Assembly: GCA_963696395.1 (NCBI GenBank)
Contig: CAVOJZ010000002.1
Location: 6,433 to 70,432, forward strand
Source of the DNA: an uncultured bacterium
GTDB taxonomy: Bacteria; Patescibacteriota; Minisyncoccia; UBA6257; 2-01-FULL-56-20
Direction: 5' to 3'
Length of the DNA: 64,000 bases
Position numbers and translations under genes: made by a program. The notes beneath the pieces are model-generated. The model did not search any database and was not told the DNA's origin. It saw nothing but the letters and a program-made list of their open reading frames with translations. This document shows positions 48,610 to 59,027 of the stretch, one piece after another (positions within the stretch are counted from its first letter, which is position 1; each line of letters starts with the position of its first letter).

Positions 48610-50226
48610 TCATTTCACCTCCGGAATTTTCACGCTGAATACGCTGCCCTTATCCACGCCCGCACTCTCCGCCCAGATAGTACCGCCATGCGCTTCCGCA
48701 ATCTTGCGGGCGATAAACAGTCCAAGTCCGGTGCCAAGAATCTGCTTCTTTACCCGTTCGTCACGAATAAATTCCTCGAAAAGATGCGGTGCGAGATCCG
48801 GCGAGAAACCCACGCCGGAATCCGAAACTGAAACAATGGCAAATCCACCTTCTTCTTTTATCTCGAGATGAACAAATCCGGTTGGAGTATATTTGATTGC
48901 ATTGTCGGTAAGATTCTGGATCACCTGTTTCAATTTTTCGGCGTCCGCATTCACGGGTATCTCATGCCCCGGCGACACGAGCGTGAATTCAAGTTTCTTT
49001 GTCTCCGCAAGCGGCTTCAGCAAATCAACAACCTCGGTCACAATCTTTAAGACGTCCGCGCGAGCCATCTGGTAATCCATCTTCCCCTCTTCAACTTTGC
49101 GCATATCAAGCAGGGTGTTGATGAGACCGATAAGACCATCCGCCGATTTGCTCATTTGCTCAACTTTCGACTTAATCACGTCGGGTACCGGACCATAGGA
49201 ACCGCCGATAATAAGCGTGCCGAAGCCCTTGATCGCCGCAAGCGGCGATCGGATTTGATGAGAAGCCAGGGAAAGAAGCTCCGACTTGAAGTGGGAAAGT
49301 TCGTCGAGCTGGTTATTTTTAACCTGCAATTCTTTATCGAGTTTTTCGAGCTGCTCTCGCTGCTCGACTTCTTTGAGGACGCTTTGAATGAGGAGAATGC
49401 TGAATGAAAGAGTAAGCAAGACGGTTGCAATCCGTAAAAGCAAATCAGGCAGCGATCCTGCATCAAAAACCTGAAACAGTGTTGTTATGCAAAGGAAAAA
49501 CGCAACGATTTCCGTTGAAATCACTTTCACACTAAGCAGATGATGTTTGAAAATTGCGTATGACGTGAAAATAATAAACGGGAAAACAAATACTCCGGTG
49601 AATGGAATGAGGATCACCCAGTCAAAGAAAGCCGGCAAAAAGAAATTGAAGGCGAAAATGAGGAGAATGGTGACGAGGGCTCCCCAGAACACGAACCACA
49701 GTTGCACCTTCTCAAGGCCTTGCGCCCGACGCAATTTCTTTATTAATAGCACCAGTCCGCCGCCGATACAGAAAATTACAACGAGCACAAATAGCAACAT
49801 GCCCGGTCCCTTGTTGACGATGGAAACTTCTCCCGCCGCTGAAAATCTCGAAATAGTCGAAAACGAAAGCGAAGTTAAATTAACTATCGACGAGATCGCT
49901 GCGATTGGAACTAAGGCAAATTTATACCATCGGGGAAATTCCGCCTTCTCGTTCGGGAAAACGTAAAACAACTGGAAAAATGACAAACTGTGCCAAACTC
50001 CGAAAAAAATGACCAAGCGCAACCACAATAACTCAAGCTCAGGCGACAAGCCGCTCTGCGCACTCAGATAGTTGGCGGCTGCCCATACGATAGTGATAAG
50101 CGAAAACGCCAAAAAAGTGACATTGGTAATACTTCGCCGGTTGCTAAAAAACACGCCGAAACCAAGAATGCCAATACCGGCTACCGCAACGCCTAAAACG
50201 AATAATCCGAGGCCAATGCCTAGCAT
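48610..50226 (-). CDS. Sensor histidine kinase with N-terminal polytopic membrane sensor domain
   Basis: About 8 TM segments. HisKA (LSLASHQIRSPLAAI) plus HATPase_c (GTGLGLFIARKIAEAHGG). Confidence 0.85.
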   Translation of the reverse strand: MLGIGLGLFVLGVAVAGIGILGFGVFFSNRRSITNVTFLAFSLITIVWAAANYLSAQSGLSPELELLWLRLVIFFGVWHSLSFFQLFYVFPNEKAEFPRWYKFALVPIAAISSIVNLTSLSFSTISRFSAAGEVSIVNKGPGMLLFVLVVIFCIGGGLVLLIKKLRRAQGLEKVQLWFVFWGALVTILLIFAFNFFLPAFFDWVILIPFTGVFVFPFIIFTSYAIFKHHLLSVKVISTEIVAFFLCITTLFQVFDAGSLPDLLLRIATVLLTLSFSILLIQSVLKEVEQREQLEKLDKELQVKNNQLDELSHFKSELLSLASHQIRSPLAAIKGFGTLIIGGSYGPVPDVIKSKVEQMSKSADGLIGLINTLLDMRKVEEGKMDYQMARADVLKIVTEVVDLLKPLAETKKLEFTLVSPGHEIPVNADAEKLKQVIQNLTDNAIKYTPTGFVHLEIKEEGGFAIVSVSDSGVGFSPDLAPHLFEEFIRDERVKKQILGTGLGLFIARKIAEAHGGTIWAESAGVDKGSVFSVKIPEVK

Positions 50227-50230
50227 GTGA

Positions 50231-51301
50231 TTAGATTAAAAAATGTTCGAGCGGAAAACGTGCCGCGCGGGCACTTGGCTCCCCTCCGCGACCGACTCGG
50301 AAGAGGACAACGACGTATTCATTCTCGGCATGCACTTCAAGCGTGTCGTATACGCTCTCCCGCGCGGCAAGCAGTTCACGCTGCTGCGAAATTGAAAAGC
50401 TGTCCCTGTTTTCCCCTCGAATCCCTTCTGCCAAAAATAATGCTCCGGTTGTCGGTTGGAGGCTTAATCCAAGTTTTGTTGCCGTAAGCCATATATGTTC
50501 AAATATCCTGCCGGCCATGACGAGGTCGAATGGCGTATTATTTTTTGCAACAATGCCGAACATTGCCGATGCCGTATTGTAAATTTTTTCATTATCGTTT
50601 CCGACAACTTTTGACATACCGAGCGCCGACAAAATCCGTGCCGCGAAAGGACTACGCAAAAGCTTAAAGGCCGCAACCTGTGGCGGCTTCAGTTCAAGCG
50701 TGTCGATGTAAAATCCTTTTGGATGCTTTCGATTTTCTTCGTCTGTCCATCGAACATGCGCGAAAAAAAAGTCGTGTACTTTTGGATTTTCGACGAGCAT
50801 CCTCTCGTTGAAGCTCGCGGCTTTTGCAAGCGCAGCGATCTTGTCGCGGCTTTCAACCATGACTACTCTCGCCGGATATTGTTTTATGTGCGGGATGTCG
50901 AGAAGCGCCACACGTTCCGCTTCGGTGAGCGGTGATCCGTCGTATGTCTTTCGGTTGGTCGCCCTCAACGATAATGCATCTTCAAGCGGGCTCCGCTTGG
51001 CATTGTTTTCGTGCAAAGTGATAAGAGCTACGAAATTCGGCAATTCTTTCTCGGGAAAATATTCAACATCCACCCCAAAGCCGAATCCCGCAGCCGCAAT
51101 CGCCATATTTTCAATACATGCTCCATTCGCCACAAACGATCCGGATTGCCGATAATTATAAAGCGACTGGTCGCTGTCGGGATTATTGAAAAGCGAGATG
51201 GTATTTTTGTCCACCTTAAAGAGCCATGGTTGGGCATTCTCGCCCGACGGGGCCAATATTCCAGATTCAAGAATCTTCCTGACAACCTCTTCAGAAATCA
51301 T
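50231..51301 (-). CDS. Double nitroreductase-fold protein (Acg / SagB-type dehydrogenase-like; MoeY C-terminal-domain-like)
   Basis: ILAPSGENAQPWLF is a nitroreductase N-terminal motif. 356 aa suggests a tandem fold. Encoded directly after the ThiF-like gene. Confidence 0.7.
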   Translation of the reverse strand: MISEEVVRKILESGILAPSGENAQPWLFKVDKNTISLFNNPDSDQSLYNYRQSGSFVANGACIENMAIAAAGFGFGVDVEYFPEKELPNFVALITLHENNAKRSPLEDALSLRATNRKTYDGSPLTEAERVALLDIPHIKQYPARVVMVESRDKIAALAKAASFNERMLVENPKVHDFFFAHVRWTDEENRKHPKGFYIDTLELKPPQVAAFKLLRSPFAARILSALGMSKVVGNDNEKIYNTASAMFGIVAKNNTPFDLVMAGRIFEHIWLTATKLGLSLQPTTGALFLAEGIRGENRDSFSISQQRELLAARESVYDTLEVHAENEYVVVLFRVGRGGEPSARAARFPLEHFLI

Positions 51302-51328
51302 CAGTTACAGTATAGCAAACCTGCAGTC

Positions 51329-52528
51329 TTATAAACCGAATATTTTTCTAAAATCGGCTGCGATTTTAGCGCGATGCTTCCGTTCCCGGGGCGTATCATA
51401 GGTTGGGATTAATTTTTCATCCAGAGAGATGAGCGCTCGATTGTGCTCGAGTGACTGGCCGTTCAAAATGCGACGGATACAATATGCTACGGCGGCTCCA
51501 TTAATAAGGGCGGCGCCGCCGAGTTGGGGCCAGGAAACGATCGTTTTCCCCATTTCGAGAAGCGACTGTTGCATGCGCTCAGTAACGTTTTCCGGACCAA
51601 CATGTTTTGTGATCATTTTGCCAATGCCAAACTTATCAAGATGCAACAGTTCTTCATAAGTTACATTTCCCATACGGCCATGAAAGAATGGCGTCTTGGG
51701 GTTCAAATCGTAGCGTTCGACGTCAACCACTGCATTGTCTCCATTATCAGCCGCCATAACAACCGGCACTTTATGCTTCTTCGCCTCCTCGCGAATGAGG
51801 TATTTCACCGCAAGATTATCGAGCTCGTCAATCACAATGTCGAGCTTTGGCGGTCCCGCAAAAAATCTGCCGATATTTTTTGGCGTGAGACCATCAGGAA
51901 AAATTTCAACTTTCACATATGGATTGGTTTCGTAAATCTGCCGGGCAGCCATGACCACTTTCAACAATCCCAGATTTTGGATGCCGGCGCGCACCCGGTT
52001 GGTGTTTGAAAGAGCAAGTTGGTCGAAGTCGGCGAGACGAATGTGCCGTCCACCGCCCTGAAGAGCGACCGCCAGCGCAACACTACTCCCAACGCTCATG
52101 CCCCCTATGCCGATAACCGCGTTGTAAAACTTTTCCTGTTCCTCGCGGGTTATCAAGTTGCGATTACGCGCCGTGCGAACCAATTGGAAATCAGCCTCGG
52201 GCAAGACGTGGACGAGAGTCGCAAGCCATGGATAGTAAATCCAGCGGCCATGTTCAATGAGCGGGGCTTTCGCGGCCAACGATTCGCGGAATTGCGCAAA
52301 TTTTTCCGCAAAATCGGGTTTATACACCCACGAAGGGTTTTTTACCGCAAACATCTCTTTCAGCTGCTCGTCGTAATCATTGGAGACGCTTTGGATCTGC
52401 CGCTGTTTCAGTAGTTTTTTGACCGTATTCTTATCTTTCGTAAGCTTAAGGTTTAAAATAACGGGCTCGAATCCGAGATCTATCTTTGCTTTTTGTGCCA
52501 ATATTCTTCCGAGGTTGTTTTTATTCAT
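51329..52528 (-). CDS. ThiF/MoeB/HesA-family E1-like adenylyltransferase with ~130-aa N-terminal extension
   Basis: VIGIGGMSVGSSVALAVALQGGGRHIRLADFDQLALSNTNR is an E1 nucleotide-binding motif. Followed by ...PVVMAADNGD. Confidence 0.8.
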   Translation of the reverse strand: MNKNNLGRILAQKAKIDLGFEPVILNLKLTKDKNTVKKLLKQRQIQSVSNDYDEQLKEMFAVKNPSWVYKPDFAEKFAQFRESLAAKAPLIEHGRWIYYPWLATLVHVLPEADFQLVRTARNRNLITREEQEKFYNAVIGIGGMSVGSSVALAVALQGGGRHIRLADFDQLALSNTNRVRAGIQNLGLLKVVMAARQIYETNPYVKVEIFPDGLTPKNIGRFFAGPPKLDIVIDELDNLAVKYLIREEAKKHKVPVVMAADNGDNAVVDVERYDLNPKTPFFHGRMGNVTYEELLHLDKFGIGKMITKHVGPENVTERMQQSLLEMGKTIVSWPQLGGAALINGAAVAYCIRRILNGQSLEHNRALISLDEKLIPTYDTPRERKHRAKIAADFRKIFGL

Positions 52529-52534
52529 GGTGAT

Positions 52535-54034
52535 TTATTTTTCTACCCATCGCTGTTTCCCGCCGCCTTTAAAATAACGATGATGTCCGTGTTCCCACAG
52601 TTTGATACGCGGAATCACTTTGTAGGGAATTGAATTGTAATTGTTGCGATATTCGGCGCTCCGCGCGATCAGGCGATCCACGATTAATTTTGTCGCAAGG
52701 ATTTTTATTTTTTTGCGGATTGCGATTCCCGGTTTCAATTCGACGTTCACTTCGAGAAACTGGTTTTGCCTCCGGTCGAACCGGGTCGCCATCGTAAATT
52801 TGCCGGTGACCAACTTGCTGATTTTGGAGCTTTGCAGAGCCTCTTTAATTGGTTCCGGATAGATAATCGCACCATATAATTTCGTCGAAAGATCGCTCCT
52901 TTCGTATACATAGACAAACGGCAACTCCGCGACAACTTCAGCGATGCCAGCCTTTTTTGCTTCGTTTGCAAAGTTTATTTTTGCCCTGGCCAACTCATCA
53001 ACGATTTGCGGAAAATTTAAAACGCCGCCTTTATCGCCGATTGAATAACGTATCAGCGGAATTGTGTTGTCGCCCGTAAGCAAAACATTACTTCCCTGAG
53101 CCTCAAACGTGATGAAAAGTGGGTTGTACTGCGCAAGAGTCGGCGTCCGGTGAATATCGGTGAAAAGCGAGTCGAATACCTTCTTGTTGCCGAGAGCCAT
53201 GCGACGCACAAGAATCGACGCTGGCGTTTCGTATGCCATAGTCCCGATGTCGGCGGTCCCATATACGTTCATCGTATCGCGATACACATTTTGAATACCG
53301 ACGGCCTTCGCTAGATACCCGCGAAAATTTTCGGAAAATGATTCTGCCGCAAAGAGAAGCCGCAAATTTATGCGTTTTAAATTAATGCTCTGGCCAGGCG
53401 CCTCGTCTATGATGTCTTTCATAAACGGCGGATAGCCTGCGAGAATCGTTTCCGAAAACTGCGGAGCGAGATCCTTGAGCGCATGGAAAATTTCTCCTTT
53501 GTTGATGCCCGGAGTGATAATACAGATATTCGCCCCGCGCCTGCTGGCGATTTCGAGCGCTTTATAAGTGATGAGTCCCCCGATCCATGCGCCCATGCCA
53601 AAACCAACGATCACCAAAATCGGACCCTTCCGTTTCCGCGAGCTGTTGTTTAAAAAGAATTCGTGAACAATAGAAGATTCCCAGTCCAGCCTATTTTCAC
53701 GCGGAAAATAAAACGGTACGCCGGTTGATCCCGATGTGGATGTAAAAACAATGGGCTTCTCCAGCGTGCCATCCCAAACCAATTTTTCGAGCGGATACGC
53801 GCGAAGGTAATCTGCCTTGGTTACCGGCGGAACGAATGCAAAATCGTCGAGGGTTTTAATTTTCTCAGGATTAACCCGATGTTTCTTCAGGAAGTCTTTA
53901 TAGGCAGGTACCCTTTTTGCCGCCTTTCGGAATAATGCGAGAGCCCGGACGCGCCGTTCTCGTTCCCAAAATGCTGATTTTTTGGTTTTTAAAAAACCTA
54001 GAATCTGCCGAGCTGAACGATCGTCAGGGTTCAT
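52535..54034 (-). CDS. ANL-superfamily adenylate-forming enzyme (PaaK / coenzyme F390 synthetase / GH3-like)
   Basis: TSTSGSTGVPFYFP is a P-loop-like AMP-binding motif. Size and architecture fit this family. Start trimmed to ATG 54034. Confidence 0.65.
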   Translation of the reverse strand: MNPDDRSARQILGFLKTKKSAFWERERRVRALALFRKAAKRVPAYKDFLKKHRVNPEKIKTLDDFAFVPPVTKADYLRAYPLEKLVWDGTLEKPIVFTSTSGSTGVPFYFPRENRLDWESSIVHEFFLNNSSRKRKGPILVIVGFGMGAWIGGLITYKALEIASRRGANICIITPGINKGEIFHALKDLAPQFSETILAGYPPFMKDIIDEAPGQSINLKRINLRLLFAAESFSENFRGYLAKAVGIQNVYRDTMNVYGTADIGTMAYETPASILVRRMALGNKKVFDSLFTDIHRTPTLAQYNPLFITFEAQGSNVLLTGDNTIPLIRYSIGDKGGVLNFPQIVDELARAKINFANEAKKAGIAEVVAELPFVYVYERSDLSTKLYGAIIYPEPIKEALQSSKISKLVTGKFTMATRFDRRQNQFLEVNVELKPGIAIRKKIKILATKLIVDRLIARSAEYRNNYNSIPYKVIPRIKLWEHGHHRYFKGGGKQRWVEK

Positions 54035-54110
54035 CGCTTTTAATGAGGATTTAATAGAATTATAGCATAAAAAGAGGGAGTCCTTTTGGGACTCCCTTGT
54101 GTTTACTCTT

Positions 54111-54839
54111 TCATGCCCCGACCGCGACCGGTTTGTCAGGCTCCACTTCCACGTCTTCACTGTCGGTTTCGCCGGCAAGCGCCAGCAAAACTTTATGAGT
54201 CACCGCCTCAGTCGAGACGATCGCGGGCGGACGTGGACCACCGTGATGAAACGACGTATCAACCGCGGGTGGAACGATCCGATAAACGTTGATCTCGTTC
54301 TTTAGCACGATCGGGTCGCGGCGCATCTGAAAAATGAGACAATTCATATTCTCGATTGCGCCGATGTGAAAACCGAATGGGAGCTTCGCCAGGATATCAT
54401 CGTCGGCCAGACGCGTGATCTTTGACGAGATGAATACAAAGCTTCCGCCGCGTGAAAGCTTACCTGCGAATTCCTGGAACACGCAGATTGGGCCACGGAC
54501 GTGCATCCGGTTCTCGTTGTCCGAAGTTGCAAGCGGCAGCTCGGAAAGTGGATGCTTCACGGCATCGGGAAATCCGTTCGGCGGACAGTGACCGACCGAA
54601 TAGATGATGCCGTCGTATTCTCCGTCCCATTTGTGGTGAAAAGCCCGAAGCTCTGCCGGCTCGCTCACATCTTCCAAAATGCCAACGGCCGCTCCGTAAG
54701 CAGCCAGCTCTTCACGAACCGGATCCTCGTCGACGTAACGCATGCACGCGACAACTTCATGTCCTTGATTCAACAATGCCCTGACGATCACACTGCCGAT
54801 TGAGCCACGGGCACCAAACACCAGATATCTCTTTTTCAC
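54111..54839 (-). CDS. NAD(P)-binding Rossmann-fold protein (atypical SDR/NmrA-like)
   Basis: YLVFGARGSIGSVIVRALLNQGHEV (GxxGxxG). Confidence 0.65.
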   Translation of the reverse strand: MKKRYLVFGARGSIGSVIVRALLNQGHEVVACMRYVDEDPVREELAAYGAAVGILEDVSEPAELRAFHHKWDGEYDGIIYSVGHCPPNGFPDAVKHPLSELPLATSDNENRMHVRGPICVFQEFAGKLSRGGSFVFISSKITRLADDDILAKLPFGFHIGAIENMNCLIFQMRRDPIVLKNEINVYRIVPPAVDTSFHHGGPRPPAIVSTEAVTHKVLLALAGETDSEDVEVEPDKPVAVGA

Positions 54840-54942
54840 GATCCCTCCTTTTTCAATTATGAAATTTGCGAAGCGAGAGTTATTGAATAACTCAGCAGAG
54901 CTTATCGTATCATATAAAAGATTTTTGTCAAATCAACGACGA

Positions 54943-55869
54943 TCAAAAGGTTTGTCTCACATATGCCAGCCACTTTTTATATTTCGCCACATGTCCGTGA
55001 GTTGCCGCAAAATATCGGTCACGGATTTTTGTGGTGATGGATCCCGCAGTGCCCGTTCCTATCCGACGGCCTTCAATCTTCCCTACCGCACCAATTTCAA
55101 CGGCGGTACCGGCAAAGAAAACTTCATCCGCATCTAAAAGCTCGGCGCGCTTGACGCGCTTCATGACAGTCGGCAAATGAAGGTCGTGCGCGATGGTGAT
55201 AACACTGTCGCGGGTAAAGCCGGGCAGAATCGAGGGAGACTCCGGAACGATCAGGCGGCCACGCTTCACAATGAAAATATTTTCCCCGGGTCCTTCCGCA
55301 ACATAACCTTCATGATCCAGCATCACGCATTCGTTCAATCCCCTTTTGCGTGCCTCAAGGCGCGCCAAAACCGACGTGGCATAAAAACCGGAAATCTTTG
55401 CGCCGGGCGCAATCGAGTCCGGATGAAACCGCAGATACTTTGCAATGCCGACGTTGAGTGCCGGGTGGTCACCCAAATATTTACCCCATGGCCATGCAGC
55501 GATGGCGACCCTTACGGAAGCACCCACCGGATCGAGCTGCATTTTCCCTTCGCCGTAAAAAACTATCGGCCGGACATAACACTCCTTATATTTATTTTTG
55601 GCAACGAGCGTAAGTACGGCACGCCGAACGGTCTCTCGTGAATACGGAATTTTAATTTCGAACGCAGCCGCGGAATGGAAAAGTCGATTAACGTGATCTT
55701 TTAGCCGGAAAGCCGCGGGACCATCCGGGGTTTCATAAACACGAATGCCTTCAAAGACACCGCTTCCATAATGAAGTGCATGACTCAAAACGTGGATACG
55801 CGCGGTGCCGAATGGCACAAATCGTCCATCGAGCCAGATGCTTTTTGGATTCGCCATGTTATTTCTCAA
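54943..55869 (-). CDS. ilvE: Branched-chain amino acid aminotransferase (class IV)
   Basis: 308 aa. GSGVFEGIRVY...(E)GAAANIF-like motifs (ENIFIVKRGRLI). Confidence 0.85.
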   Translation of the reverse strand: MRNNMANPKSIWLDGRFVPFGTARIHVLSHALHYGSGVFEGIRVYETPDGPAAFRLKDHVNRLFHSAAAFEIKIPYSRETVRRAVLTLVAKNKYKECYVRPIVFYGEGKMQLDPVGASVRVAIAAWPWGKYLGDHPALNVGIAKYLRFHPDSIAPGAKISGFYATSVLARLEARKRGLNECVMLDHEGYVAEGPGENIFIVKRGRLIVPESPSILPGFTRDSVITIAHDLHLPTVMKRVKRAELLDADEVFFAGTAVEIGAVGKIEGRRIGTGTAGSITTKIRDRYFAATHGHVAKYKKWLAYVRQTF

Positions 55870-56254
55870 TCAATTCTCCGACCCGTTCCGCAAGCATATC
55901 AACGTCGTCGGTCTTGCTGAGAAACGTTATCGTGCTCAGCTCCCCAAGCAGTTGCCGGCGATTTTTTACCAATTCCGCCCAGGGATCCCGAAGGCTTGTG
56001 AAAAATGCGATGCGGATCTCGCGGGTTTTCGGATTTTGGTGAAGTTCGAATGCGAGTTCCCAGCCATTCGGTCCGGGCGGCATATAAACATCGCTCAATA
56101 CAAGATCGGGCAGAAGCTCTTCGGCTTTTCGAACCGCCTCTTCGGCGTCGTGAGCCATCTGGGTATCGAAACCGTTCGCCTGTAGTTTTACCGACGCGAT
56201 TTCCAAAAAAACTTCTTCGTCGTCAACTAATAACACTAAAGGCTTTTCCCTCAT
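55859..56254 (-). CDS. Stand-alone response-regulator receiver domain protein
   Basis: LLVDDEEVFLEIASVKL...LVLSDVYMP has CheY-like acidic pocket and phospho-acceptor Asp. No output domain. Confidence 0.8.
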   Translation of the reverse strand: MREKPLVLLVDDEEVFLEIASVKLQANGFDTQMAHDAEEAVRKAEELLPDLVLSDVYMPPGPNGWELAFELHQNPKTREIRIAFFTSLRDPWAELVKNRRQLLGELSTITFLSKTDDVDMLAERVGELIEK

Positions 56255-56337
56255 GCATTCAGTATAACAATTCAGACAATCGAGCCGTACTATAATGCCT
56301 CACCTAAAAGGTCGCTAACCATGATTATTTATTCTGC

Positions 56338-56490
56338 ATGCTCGTCACTATAGCCGTCATTTTGCTGGTCTTGTGGGTCCTCGGGCTTGTTACTTCGTAC
56401 ACGCTTGGAGGATTCATTTATGTCCTTCTTGTTGCCGCAATTATCCTATTTCTCATCCGGATCATTCAGGGTGAAAATCCGGTGAAATAA
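56338..56490 (+). CDS. lmo0937-family small membrane protein (50 aa); not in the ORF track (below size cutoff)
   Basis: Manual translation MLVTIAVILLVLWVLGLVTSYTLGGFIYVLLVAAIILFLIRIIQGENPVK* with ATG 56338 and TAA 56488-56490. TATAAT at 56291-56296. Confidence 0.55.
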   Translation: MLVTIAVILLVLWVLGLVTSYTLGGFIYVLLVAAIILFLIRIIQGENPVK

Positions 56491-58299
56491 CTACGTTCGA
56501 TTAGCCCGTTTCCTGTCGTTTTCCGTGAGATATTGCTTTCTGATGCGGACGTTCTGGGGAGTGACCTCAACCAGCTCATCGTCTCCAATATAGTCAAGCG
56601 CATCCTCGAGCGACAACGTGAGCGGCGTCTCAAGCTGATCGGCGAGGCCTTCGTTCTTGGCGCGGAAGTTGGTCAATTGTTTTTCGCGGGCAACATGCAC
56701 GAGCACGTCGCCGTCTTTAGCGTTTGCGCCAACAACCATGCCTTCGTACACCTCAACGCCTGCGCTGATAAACAAAGTCCCGCGACCCTGGGCGGTAACC
56801 AATCCGTAGTTGTTTGATTTTCCGGCCTGCGTCGCAACGATAGAGCCGAACGGAAGCGCAGTAATATCGCCTTTGTACGGTTCGTATCCGAGAAAAATAC
56901 TATTCATAATGCCCGTACCTTTCGTTGCGGTCAGGAATTTATTTCTGATGCCGATCAGCCCACGCGTGGGAATATCAAAATCCATAAAAGCATTCTTCTT
57001 GTCGTCCACGCGCATATTCTTCATCTGTCCAAGCCGCTTGCCCATCATTTCTATAACCGTTCCGGAATAGGCTTCCGGAACCTCAACCGAAACAAGTTCG
57101 ATCGGTTCGGTCTTCTTGCCGTTTTCCTCTTTAAAGATAACCTGCGGTTTTGAAACTTCGAATTCGAATCCCTCGCGCCGCATTTTTTCAATGAGGATAG
57201 CGAGGTGCAATTCGCCACGCCCGGCGACAATCCACTTGTCGGTTGTGTCGGTCGGCGTCACCTTTAAGGCGACATCGGTTTCAAGCTCATGCTCCAATCG
57301 TTCTTTTAAGTTGCGCGAGGTCGTAAATTTCCCCTCACGGCCGCGGAATGGCGAAGTGTTTACGGCAAACGTCATTTTGATTGTCGGTTCGTCGATATGG
57401 ATCGTCGGCAATGGCATTGGATTATCCGGATCGGTGATCGTTTCGCCGATTGTGATATCCGGAATGCCGGCAATCGCAACAATATCCCCCGCCTCGGCCT
57501 GGTCAACGTCCACTCGACCCAAACCGTCAAACAACATCACCGATGTGAGTTGCACTTTCTTGATTTCGCCTGCACGGTCGATGTGCGCGACCGTCGAAGC
57601 CTTTTTCAGGGTGCCGGAATATAAGCGACCGACGGCAATCTTCCCTTTATAATTGTCGTAAGCCAGGTTGACGGTGAGCATCTGCAAAACATCAGTCTCC
57701 GCCTTTTTCGGTGGCGGGATATATTTTACAATCGTTTCAAACACCGGTTCGATATCTTTCATGTCGGCAAGTATCTTGCCGAGCCCGGCTTTTCCTTCGC
57801 GCGCGGCGGCATAAATCACCGGGAACTCAATTTGTTCCTCGGTTGCGTCGAGCTCAAAAAAGAGATCGTACGTGGCATTCAAGGCCCACTCCGGCCGTGC
57901 GTCGGGCTTGTCAATTTTATTTACAACGACAATAACCTTGTGCCCCGCCTGAATCGCTTTTCGTAAAACAAACTTCGTCTGGGGCATCGGGCCCTCTTTG
58001 GCGTCAATAAGAAGCAAAACTCCGTCCACCATGCGCATGATGCGTTCAACTTCTCCGCCAAAGTCCGCGTGTCCAGGGGTATCAACAATGTTGATCTTTG
58101 TACCTTTATATACAACGGATGCGTTTTTCGAAAAAATAGTGATGCCGCGTTCCCGTTCGAGCTCATTCGAGTCCATGATAAGTTCGCTCTGGGCGCCACT
58201 CTTCAAATGAAAACTCACCGACTGTTTGAGCAGCGCGTCAACGAGTGTGGTTTTGCCGTGGTCAACGTGGGCTATAATGGCGATGTTTCGGATATCCAT
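56491..58299 (-). CDS. typA: Translational GTPase TypA/BipA
   Basis: [19 protein letters not shown]...[14 protein letters not shown]...NKIDK, about 600 aa. Start at ATG 58299. Confidence 0.9.
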   Translation of the reverse strand: MDIRNIAIIAHVDHGKTTLVDALLKQSVSFHLKSGAQSELIMDSNELERERGITIFSKNASVVYKGTKINIVDTPGHADFGGEVERIMRMVDGVLLLIDAKEGPMPQTKFVLRKAIQAGHKVIVVVNKIDKPDARPEWALNATYDLFFELDATEEQIEFPVIYAAAREGKAGLGKILADMKDIEPVFETIVKYIPPPKKAETDVLQMLTVNLAYDNYKGKIAVGRLYSGTLKKASTVAHIDRAGEIKKVQLTSVMLFDGLGRVDVDQAEAGDIVAIAGIPDITIGETITDPDNPMPLPTIHIDEPTIKMTFAVNTSPFRGREGKFTTSRNLKERLEHELETDVALKVTPTDTTDKWIVAGRGELHLAILIEKMRREGFEFEVSKPQVIFKEENGKKTEPIELVSVEVPEAYSGTVIEMMGKRLGQMKNMRVDDKKNAFMDFDIPTRGLIGIRNKFLTATKGTGIMNSIFLGYEPYKGDITALPFGSIVATQAGKSNNYGLVTAQGRGTLFISAGVEVYEGMVVGANAKDGDVLVHVAREKQLTNFRAKNEGLADQLETPLTLSLEDALDYIGDDELVEVTPQNVRIRKQYLTENDRKRANRT

Positions 58300-58397
58300 G
58301 ATTAATTCAATAAAATCCGCGCCTCGGGGCACGGTGATCGTTGGATTATTATATGAAATTTTGATTAAAAGAGCAAGAAGCGGTATATAATTAGGTT

Positions 58398-58883
58398 ATG
58401 GAGGAGATCGATATGCAACTCGGTTCCCACGCGCCGGATTTTGTGCTTCCCGACCAGAACGGGAAAATGCATAAACTTTCCGATTATCAAGGACAATGGG
58501 TTCTGCTCTATTTTTATCCAAAGGACGATACGCCGGGGTGCACCAAAGAGGCATGCACGATCCGCGATGCATTCCCCGATTTTGAAAATCTGAATGCAAT
58601 TGTGCTTGGCGTGAGCGTTGATTCTGTTGCGAGCCATAAAAAATTCGCCGAAAAGCACCAGCTGCCGTTCACGCTCCTTGCAGATGAACACAAGAAAGTG
58701 GTGAACCTCTATCACGTGTGGGCACCCAAACAATTTATGGGGCGCGAGTACGATGGTGTACTACGAATGTCATTCCTCATCGACCCCGAGGGCGATATCG
58801 AAAAAATCTACCACAACGTAAAACCCGAAAAGCATGCCGCCGAAGTCTTACACGATCTCCGCGAATCGGATGAATCGGAATGA
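58398..58883 (+). CDS. bcp: Peroxiredoxin Bcp (thiol peroxidase)
   Basis: WVLLYFYPKDDTPGCTKEACTIRD. Confidence 0.85.
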   Translation: MEEIDMQLGSHAPDFVLPDQNGKMHKLSDYQGQWVLLYFYPKDDTPGCTKEACTIRDAFPDFENLNAIVLGVSVDSVASHKKFAEKHQLPFTLLADEHKKVVNLYHVWAPKQFMGREYDGVLRMSFLIDPEGDIEKIYHNVKPEKHAAEVLHDLRESDESE

Positions 58884-59027
58884 ATTCCTGAGTCTTGGTC
58901 AAGGGGCTTGCAATAGTACCGCATAAAGAGAGTATAATACCCTCAGAACATTTCCATATCTTCCGAGCTCTTTGACAGCCCTATATTTTTCGAAAGGCCG
59001 TCATATTGCAGTTATTAACCTAATTTT

